Shown one piece after another: positions 57,823 through 64,000 of a stretch of 64,000 nucleotides of DNA. The notes under the pieces were generated by a model, which was not told the origin of the DNA, searched no databases, and worked only from the letters and a program-made list of their open reading frames with translations. How positions within the stretch are numbered: the first letter of the stretch is position 1; each line of letters opens with the position of its first letter. The position numbers and the translations under genes were made by a program. This DNA is from an uncultured Gemmatimonas sp. (GTDB lineage: Bacteria > Gemmatimonadota > Gemmatimonadetes > Gemmatimonadales > GWC2-71-9): assembly GCA_964439025.1 (NCBI GenBank), contig CAYTMW010000006.1:21833-85832 (forward strand), read 5' to 3'.

Positions 57823-59507
57823 GCCGGCCACTCCCGGAGCGCCCGCACGGCGGCGTTTCGAACCGGGAGGTCCTTGTCCTGTTGGATTCGCTCCAGGATG
57901 GCGCGCGCTTCGGCATTCTGCAACCGCGCAATCGCATATGCGGCGCAGGTACGGGTCTCGGAATTCATCTTCCGCCTGAACAGCCGCTTGGGCTCGAGGA
58001 TTTCGAGGAGGACGGGCAGCGATGCCGGGCCCGCCACGACGGCGTAGGCCTCGAAAAATTGTCGGCGCTCCGCACGCTCCAGCTCGTTGGGGCCCCTGCC
58101 CTGAACCACCGCCTCCAGACGCCGAAGCACCGCGCGATAGCCTTTGGCCGTGACCGCGGACAGCGCGGCCATGCGGACCGACCGGTCCGAATCGTCCACC
58201 GCCCGTTCGAGTCCCGCCATCGCGCCGGCGGAACCGATGTGCGCCAGGGCCTCGACCGCTCCGAACCGTACCACAGCGTCGCCATGCGACACGAGGCGGT
58301 CGAGCGACGGCACCGCGATTTGGAGATTGAGCCGCTTGCAGACGGCCACCGCCCCGGGGAGGCCATTCGAATCGCTGTTCTTGAGGATCGAGAGCAGCAT
58401 GTCGGTGTTGACCGCCGCCAGGCGATCCACCGATTCCTCGAGAATCGCGCGGATGTCCGGCCGTTTGAGCACCGGGATAAAGGTGAGCATCGTCTCGAGC
58501 CCCTCGGCGTGCAGCTCCCCGAGGACCTCGCCGACGTCCTCATCCTCGGGCAGCGCCGACGACTCCTCCAGCGATTGCAGCAGCTGGGAAAGGATCGTCG
58601 GCTCGCTGAGACGGGTCTGGAAGGAGAGCAGGTGGTCGCGTACTTCCGGATCCAGGACGGTGACCCGCTGCGAGATGGTGCGGAACTCCCGGAGAAGGCC
58701 GGCCACGGTGCGGAACTCTCCGCGGGTGAGGAGATTCGGGAAGAGCCCGTCCAGAATACCGAGGATTTCCTCCCGCACGACGGTGACGGGCTGCGTCTCG
58801 AAGGTGTCCAGCAGCGCGTCGAGCGCCGCCTTCCTGGCGTCGCGGGTGTATTCCTCCTCGACCTGTCGCCTGAGGGTGGCGGTCTCGTCCGCCTCCAGGA
58901 AATAGAGCGTGGAATCGAACTCATCGAGATCGACCGCGCCCGCGCGGTCCGCCACATCGGCGCGAACCTCTTCCTTGACGGCCTGCTGGGCGGCCGGATC
59001 CTGCTGCATCGCAAGATCGACCGCCTGGGGATCGAGCACGACGAACGAGTCGGTAATAATCTCGGCGAACTGATACTCGATGCACTGAAAATCCTGCTCC
59101 CACAGCAGCGTCAGCAGGTCGTCCGCGGCATCGCTCGCGAGCATCCGGGCCCGGGTGACGACCTGGAGGAAGCGGACCAACTCCTCGTCCTCCACACCCG
59201 GGCGGATGGTGAGATGCCGCATCCCGTCCTTGTACAGCATCCAGGCAAAGCTGTCGTGCTTGCTGGGCTGCCGGTACACCACCTGTTCTTCCCAGGTGAT
59301 GTCGGTCTCGACGATCGCCAAGGCGAGCTGCTGGGTAGAGGACCAGATCGGGACAAAGGCGTTGCGAATCGCCTGCTCGGCGCGCTGATAGACCGGATTG
59401 TTGGGGAGGTACATCTGAAAGGCCCGAAGGCCCTTGACGAAAGTCCGCATCAACTCCTCCACCTGCGTGGCAGGCAGCGCGAGTTCTGATCCGGTTGGAA
59501 TCGTCAC
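57819..59507 (-). CDS. HEAT-repeat protein whose N-terminal domain resembles that of the adjacent HD-GYP protein
   Basis: C-terminal repeats (DAVVRFGAVEALAHIG, DRSVRMAALSAV, DLPVRNAAVRAL). N-terminal LRAFQMYLPNNPVYQRAEQAI. Confidence 0.7.
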   Translation of the reverse strand: MTIPTGSELALPATQVEELMRTFVKGLRAFQMYLPNNPVYQRAEQAIRNAFVPIWSSTQQLALAIVETDITWEEQVVYRQPSKHDSFAWMLYKDGMRHLTIRPGVEDEELVRFLQVVTRARMLASDAADDLLTLLWEQDFQCIEYQFAEIITDSFVVLDPQAVDLAMQQDPAAQQAVKEEVRADVADRAGAVDLDEFDSTLYFLEADETATLRRQVEEEYTRDARKAALDALLDTFETQPVTVVREEILGILDGLFPNLLTRGEFRTVAGLLREFRTISQRVTVLDPEVRDHLLSFQTRLSEPTILSQLLQSLEESSALPEDEDVGEVLGELHAEGLETMLTFIPVLKRPDIRAILEESVDRLAAVNTDMLLSILKNSDSNGLPGAVAVCKRLNLQIAVPSLDRLVSHGDAVVRFGAVEALAHIGSAGAMAGLERAVDDSDRSVRMAALSAVTAKGYRAVLRRLEAVVQGRGPNELERAERRQFFEAYAVVAGPASLPVLLEILEPKRLFRRKMNSETRTCAAYAIARLQNAEARAILERIQQDKDLPVRNAAVRALREWPA

Positions 59508-59700
59508 GTGCGGACCTCAGCGTGGGAAAGAGAGGCCGAGGGTTGGGAGAGTCTGGTCCAACATAATATGGGACTGGGGGTTAACGCACTAGGCAGTGCC
59601 GGAAATGTCTGGTTGATTTTCGGGGCTTGTTCGGTTATGCTTTGGTGTCCTTTTGGGTAAAGCGCGCCATCGGGCTCTCATCACCGAGGACCGTCCAGCT

Positions 59701-60309
59701 ATGCCTCTCACCAAGCGGCAACGGGAAATCCTCAGTTACCTGGAGGGCCATATCCAGGCCCGGGGCTTCGCGCCCAGCTTCGAAGAAATCGCGGAGCACT
59801 TTTCCTTTCAGTCTCTGGCAACCGTCCACGAGCATCTCACCAATCTGGAGCGGAAGGGATACATCCGCCGCAGCTACAACGAGAGCCGCTCCATCGAGGT
59901 CCTCCCGCCCAAGGGGATGAGCGGCGCCACGGAAATCCCACTGCTCGGGGTGGTGGCAGCCGGCATGCCCATCGAGGCGGTCCTCCATCAGGAGACTCTT
60001 CCCGTTCCGGACGCCATGCTGCCCGCCCGCGGACCGAATTACGCGCTCCGGGTCCGGGGCGATTCCATGATCGACGAGCACATCGTCGATGGAGATTTCG
60101 TGGTCGTCCACGGCCGCCAGTCCGCCGACAACGGCGAGATGGTCATCGCGCTGGTGAACGGCTCGGAAGCCACCGTCAAGAAGTTCTTTCGCGAGCCCGG
60201 CGGCTGGGTTCGCCTGCAGCCTGCCAATCCCACCATGCAGCCGCTCCGATTTCCCGAGAATGACATCATGATCCAGGGCGTCGTCGTAGGGGTCATCCGG
60301 CGTTATTAG
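59701..60309 (+). CDS. lexA: LexA repressor
   Basis: LTKRQREILSYL, winged-helix SFEEIAEHF..SLATVHEHLTNLERKGYI, VAAG cleavage site, RGDSM (Ser), TVKKF (Lys). Confidence 0.93.
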   Translation: MPLTKRQREILSYLEGHIQARGFAPSFEEIAEHFSFQSLATVHEHLTNLERKGYIRRSYNESRSIEVLPPKGMSGATEIPLLGVVAAGMPIEAVLHQETLPVPDAMLPARGPNYALRVRGDSMIDEHIVDGDFVVVHGRQSADNGEMVIALVNGSEATVKKFFREPGGWVRLQPANPTMQPLRFPENDIMIQGVVVGVIRRY

Positions 60310-60366
60310 CAAGGCAGTCGCGACTCCCTTTGCCGTAACCCCCTCGCACGACTAAATTTTCGTACA

Positions 60367-61131
60367 ATGGCGCGCACCTTTCTGGTCACGCTGCACTACG
60401 ACGGCGGGGGATTTGCCGGATGGCAGCGACAGGCCGAAGGGCGCACGGTACAGGCGGTACTCGAAGAGGTATTGGGGCACCTCGCGAAGCTCCCGGTGCG
60501 GGCGCATGCCGCCGGGCGGACCGATGCGGGAGTGCACGCCCTCGGAATGGCAGTTAGCTGCACGATGCCGGAGCGCTGGACAGCCGCGGCCTTCCACCGG
60601 GCCCTCAACGCGCTCCTGCCGGACGATTGCTGGACCGAAGCGGTGCAAGACATGCAGCCGGGCTTTCACGCACGAACCTCCGCGACCGGCCGGCGCTACC
60701 GTTATCTCGTCGGCACCGACCCCGGCGCCGCATCGCCGTTTCGCCGGCGATTTGAGTGGGCGGTCGCCCGGCCCCTCGATCACGACGCCCTCGCGGCCGC
60801 GGCGGAAGCGCTCGGAGGTGAGCACGATTTCCACGGCTTCAGCGTCCGGAGCTCTCCCCGTGCCCACAAGCGCTGTCGCATCCGCACCGCCCAATGGTCG
60901 AAACGGCCGGAGCGCCTGGGCGTGATGTTCGACATCGCCGCCGACCGCTTCCTTCACCACATGGTCCGAAGGCTGGTGGGGACGATGGTGGACATCGGCC
61001 TCGGACGACGCGCGCTGAGCGACATGCACCGGCTGCTTGGCCTCGAGTCCAGTGTGACCACCTCCCCGCCCGCTCCCGCGCGGGGACTGTACTTCGTCGC
61101 GGCGGAGTATCCCGCAGAGTGTTTCGCGTGA
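60367..61131 (+). CDS. truA: tRNA pseudouridine(38-40) synthase
   Basis: YDGGGFAGWQRQ, AAGRTDAGVHA, HMVRRLVG. Confidence 0.92.
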   Translation: MARTFLVTLHYDGGGFAGWQRQAEGRTVQAVLEEVLGHLAKLPVRAHAAGRTDAGVHALGMAVSCTMPERWTAAAFHRALNALLPDDCWTEAVQDMQPGFHARTSATGRRYRYLVGTDPGAASPFRRRFEWAVARPLDHDALAAAAEALGGEHDFHGFSVRSSPRAHKRCRIRTAQWSKRPERLGVMFDIAADRFLHHMVRRLVGTMVDIGLGRRALSDMHRLLGLESSVTTSPPAPARGLYFVAAEYPAECFA

Positions 61132-62537
61132 GCCGCGCCCGCCTCCTCGCCCTCGTACTCACCGCAGGGGCCGCGGCCTGCAAGAGCGCCCAAGAGGGGC
61201 TGATCCCCCCGGCGAGCGCACAGCGGACCGCCGAGAATTCCGCGCTCGGCACCTCCCGGCGCACCGCCGTCGTCGATGCGGCGAGCCGGCTCTCCCCCGC
61301 CGTCGTGTCCATCACTGTGTCCTCCCGGCGCCGGGTCACCGAGCGCAGTCCCTGGGATTTTTTCTTCATCCCGCGCGAGACCGAGCAGCTGGTGCCCAGC
61401 TCCGGCACCGGCTTCATCGTGAAGTCGGACGGCGTGATCATCACCAACCAGCATGTGGTCGCGGGGGCCGAAGCAATCACAGTGACACTCCCCGACGGCA
61501 CCGATCTCCCCGGAACGCTGGTCGGCGAAGATCCCACCACCGATATCGCCGTGGTGCGGATCGACCGGCGCAACCTGCCCGTCGTCGCGCTCGGCCGGAG
61601 CACGGACCTTCTGATCGGCGAGTGGGTCGTGGCGCTCGGCAACCCCTACGCGTTCCTCCTGGGCAACAGCGAGCCGTCGGTGACCGCAGGCGTCGTCAGC
61701 GCGACCCACCGCAACATCCTTCCCGATGGGGAGCAGCCGGGGCTTTACCTGGACATGATCCAGACGGATGCGGCCATCAATCCCGGCAACTCAGGGGGTC
61801 CGCTCGCCAATGCGCTCGGCGAGGTGGTCGCGGTCAATTCCTCGATCTTCACCGGCGGCGGCGGCAGCAGCGGATCGATCGGCCTTGGCTTCGCCATTCC
61901 GATCGAGCGCGCGATGCGCGTTGCCGACGAGCTGCTCCGCACCGGTACGATGCAGCGTGCCTGGACCGGGCTCGAGGTGGCAGGCCCGGGCGCCATGCAG
62001 GACTGGAAGAGCCAGGGGGGTGTCACCGTGACGCGCGTGGCGGCCAACGGGCCGGCGGCGCGCGGCGGCATCTCCGATGGCACCATCCTCATCGAGGCGA
62101 ACGGACGGCGGCTTCGGAACTATCTCGACTGGGAGGCGGTAAAGCTGGACCTCCACGTGGGCGACAAGGTGTCGGTCCGCGTCAAACGCGGCCTGGGGTC
62201 CGAGGCCCGCGAATTCACCACCGGTGATCTGCCGACCAGCACCGCCACCAAGATCACCGTGCTGCGGGGCCTCGAGGTGGTCACCGTCACCGCGGCGATT
62301 CAGGCCGAGCGCGGCCTGCGCGCCCCGCGGGGGGCGCTGATCGTCCGGGTCACCGACGATGTAGCACGGGGAACCGGCCTGCGCGAGGGAGACGTCATTC
62401 TCGCGATCAACCGCTCGCTGGTCACGGATGCGAAACAATTCGCCGATCTGCTCGAGGCGAGTCGCGCCGACCAGGCCTTCCGGATCTACTTCGAGCGAAG
62501 CGGTCAGACCATCTTCACCGACCTGGTGTTCCGGTGA
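61128..62537 (+). CDS. htrA: HtrA/DegP-family serine protease with PDZ domains, lipoprotein
   Basis: GTG start (GTGA overlap with the truA stop), lipobox LTAGAAAC, SGTGFIV, TDAAINPGNSGGPL, two PDZ-like regions. Confidence 0.88.
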   Translation: MSRARLLALVLTAGAAACKSAQEGLIPPASAQRTAENSALGTSRRTAVVDAASRLSPAVVSITVSSRRRVTERSPWDFFFIPRETEQLVPSSGTGFIVKSDGVIITNQHVVAGAEAITVTLPDGTDLPGTLVGEDPTTDIAVVRIDRRNLPVVALGRSTDLLIGEWVVALGNPYAFLLGNSEPSVTAGVVSATHRNILPDGEQPGLYLDMIQTDAAINPGNSGGPLANALGEVVAVNSSIFTGGGGSSGSIGLGFAIPIERAMRVADELLRTGTMQRAWTGLEVAGPGAMQDWKSQGGVTVTRVAANGPAARGGISDGTILIEANGRRLRNYLDWEAVKLDLHVGDKVSVRVKRGLGSEAREFTTGDLPTSTATKITVLRGLEVVTVTAAIQAERGLRAPRGALIVRVTDDVARGTGLREGDVILAINRSLVTDAKQFADLLEASRADQAFRIYFERSGQTIFTDLVFR

Positions 62538-63973
62538 CCGAGGCGCGATACCAGTCGCCGCTGGGGACGCGATACGCCTCCCCGGCGATGCAGCATCTCT
62601 GGGGCGAGCCCCACCGGGTGGGCCTCTGGCGCCGGCTCTGGCTCGCGTTGATGGACACCGAACGGGAGCTCGGGCTCGAGATTCCCGCCGCCGCCATCGA
62701 AGCGCTGCGCGCGCATCTGGACGACGCCGACCTCGCCGTGGCGGCGCAATACGAGCGCCGGTTCCGGCACGATGTCATGGCGCACGTACACGCCCTTGGC
62801 GACCAGGCCCCAGCCGCGCGGCCCTACATCCATCTCGGTGCCACCAGCGCGTTTGTCACCGACAACGCCGACCTGATGGTGATGCGGGACGGGATGCGCC
62901 TGCTGGTGGGGCGGCTTGTCGCGCTGCTCCGGGCCCTCGGCGCCTTTGCCGCGCGATACTCGGCGCTTCCCTGCCTCGCCTACACCCACTTCCAGCCGGC
63001 GCAGCTCACCACCGTCGGCAAGCGGGCCACGCTCTGGGCCCAGGATTTTGCGCTCGACGCGGAGGAGGTCTGCCACCGGCTGGCGGGACTGGTATTTCTC
63101 GGCTGCAAGGGCACCACCGGAACCCAGGCGTCGTTCCTCGAGCTGTTCCAGGGCGATCACGCAAAGGTCCGCGAACTCGACCGGCGGATCGCGGAGCGCA
63201 TGGACTTCGCGCGTCCCATTCCGGTCTCCGGCCAGACCTATCCCCGGAAAATCGACAGCACCGTCCTCGACGCGCTCTCGGGGCTCGCGCAGTCGGCCTC
63301 CAAGATGGCCGCCGACCTCCGCCTGCTCCAGCACGAAGGCGAGCTGCTCGAGCCGTTCGAGTCGGAGCAGATCGGCTCCAGCGCCATGGCGTACAAGCGG
63401 AACCCGATGCGCGCCGAGCGGATCACTGCGCTGGCACGATTTCTGATTTCGCTGCAACAGAACGCCGCCCACACCGCGGCAACGCAATGGCTGGAGCGTA
63501 CCCTCGACGACAGCGCGAATCGCAGGCTGGTGCTCCCGGAGGCATTTCTGGCCGCCGATGCGATTCTCATTCTCGCCACCAACATCGTGACAGGACTCGA
63601 AGTGCGGGAGCCGGTCATTGCCCGCCATGTGGCCGATCAAATGCCCTTCATGGCGACCGAGCGCTGGATGATGCTCGGCGTCGCTGCGGGGGGAGACCGC
63701 CAGCAGCTGCATGAGGTGATGCGCACGGCGAGCATGACCGTGGCGACCGCTGTGAGCGCCGGCGGCAGGAATGATCTCATGGATCGCCTCGTCGGGGATC
63801 CCGCCTTCTCCCGGATCCCGGCCGCGGCGCTCGCCGCCGAGCTCGACCCCACCCGCTACACTGGGCGTTCGGAATCGCAGGTCGCCGAGTTTCTGGAGGA
63901 GTTCCTCGAGCCGGTCATCGCCCGCGCGGCCGCGCACGCCGCTCCCGCCGCGGCCTGGGAGGTTCGCGTATGA
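62534..63973 (+). CDS. purB: adenylosuccinate lyase
   Basis: YQSPLGTRYASPAM, GSSAMAYKRNPMRAERI (fumarate-lyase signature). GTGA overlap with the htrA stop. Confidence 0.93.
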   Translation: MTEARYQSPLGTRYASPAMQHLWGEPHRVGLWRRLWLALMDTERELGLEIPAAAIEALRAHLDDADLAVAAQYERRFRHDVMAHVHALGDQAPAARPYIHLGATSAFVTDNADLMVMRDGMRLLVGRLVALLRALGAFAARYSALPCLAYTHFQPAQLTTVGKRATLWAQDFALDAEEVCHRLAGLVFLGCKGTTGTQASFLELFQGDHAKVRELDRRIAERMDFARPIPVSGQTYPRKIDSTVLDALSGLAQSASKMAADLRLLQHEGELLEPFESEQIGSSAMAYKRNPMRAERITALARFLISLQQNAAHTAATQWLERTLDDSANRRLVLPEAFLAADAILILATNIVTGLEVREPVIARHVADQMPFMATERWMMLGVAAGGDRQQLHEVMRTASMTVATAVSAGGRNDLMDRLVGDPAFSRIPAAALAAELDPTRYTGRSESQVAEFLEEFLEPVIARAAAHAAPAAAWEVRV

Positions 63974-64000
63974 CCTTGGTCGCGTCCACCAGGTTGCCCC
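63970..64000 (+). CDS. start of an unidentified CDS (window edge)
   Basis: ATGA overlap with the purB stop. Only MTLVASTRLP is visible. Confidence 0.25.
   Translation, partial: MTLVASTRLP

Noticed and set aside
48690-63937. Other long shadow ORFs: 48690-50150 +, 51212-52831 -, 52898-54004 - (upstream part), 54753-56384 +, 56836-58047 +, 57882-59489 +, 60352-61709 -, 62504-63937 -
   Set aside because: Each lies opposite to, or out of frame with, a gene carrying diagnostic motifs (aspS, PlsC-type HX4D, yqeK-like, MCP, HD-GYP, HEAT, truA/htrA, purB).

Overview
High-GC (about 70%) bacterial chromosome segment. The gene content suggests Gemmatimonadota or Acidobacteriota, but the lineage cannot be fixed by eye. 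Coding density is high and most genes are recognisable. Many ORF-track entries are spurious antisense or run-on ORFs typical of high-GC DNA. I trimmed several starts to internal ATG/GTG codons that give ATGA/GTGA overlaps with the upstream gene. Content, in order:
- Proteolysis and peptide genes: M17 PepA, an M16 pair plus two amidohydrolases, an S9 hydrolase, a prolyl oligopeptidase, a TPPII-like S8 peptidase, and HtrA.
- An ECF sigma / anti-sigma / Spy-like module, and tRNA-Leu(CAA).
- rplU-rpmA and an RNase E/G homologue.
- A roughly 16-kb co-directional minus-strand array: aspS-phoH-ybeY-corC-corC-mgtE-meaB-mutase-(eRF1-like)-B12 subunit-carboxyltransferase-S8.
- A HEAT / HD-GYP / GAF-MCP sensory operon, then lexA, truA and purB.

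Most interesting observations:
1. A six-gene, translationally coupled operon at 22317-29837. It encodes a serine-palmitoyltransferase-like alpha-oxoamine synthase, a GNAT, a fatty acid desaturase, an FA2H/Scs7-like hydroxylase, a UbiA-like protein and a rifampin-phosphotransferase-like PEP-utilising enzyme. I read it as a candidate ceramide-like lipid pathway with an undescribed head-group module.
2. The operon is bounded by an IS91/amidohydrolase deletion scar on one side. On the other side a 110-bp direct repeat duplicates its own 5' end around a 2.2-kb insert.
3. A family of intergenic hairpins whose arms are tandem 7-9-bp units. One of them carries a frameshifted GxxExxY nuclease-like gene in its loop.
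4. An eRF1-like gene with GGR in place of GGQ, embedded in the methylmalonyl-CoA mutase operon.

All family assignments are by eye from motifs. No searches were run.
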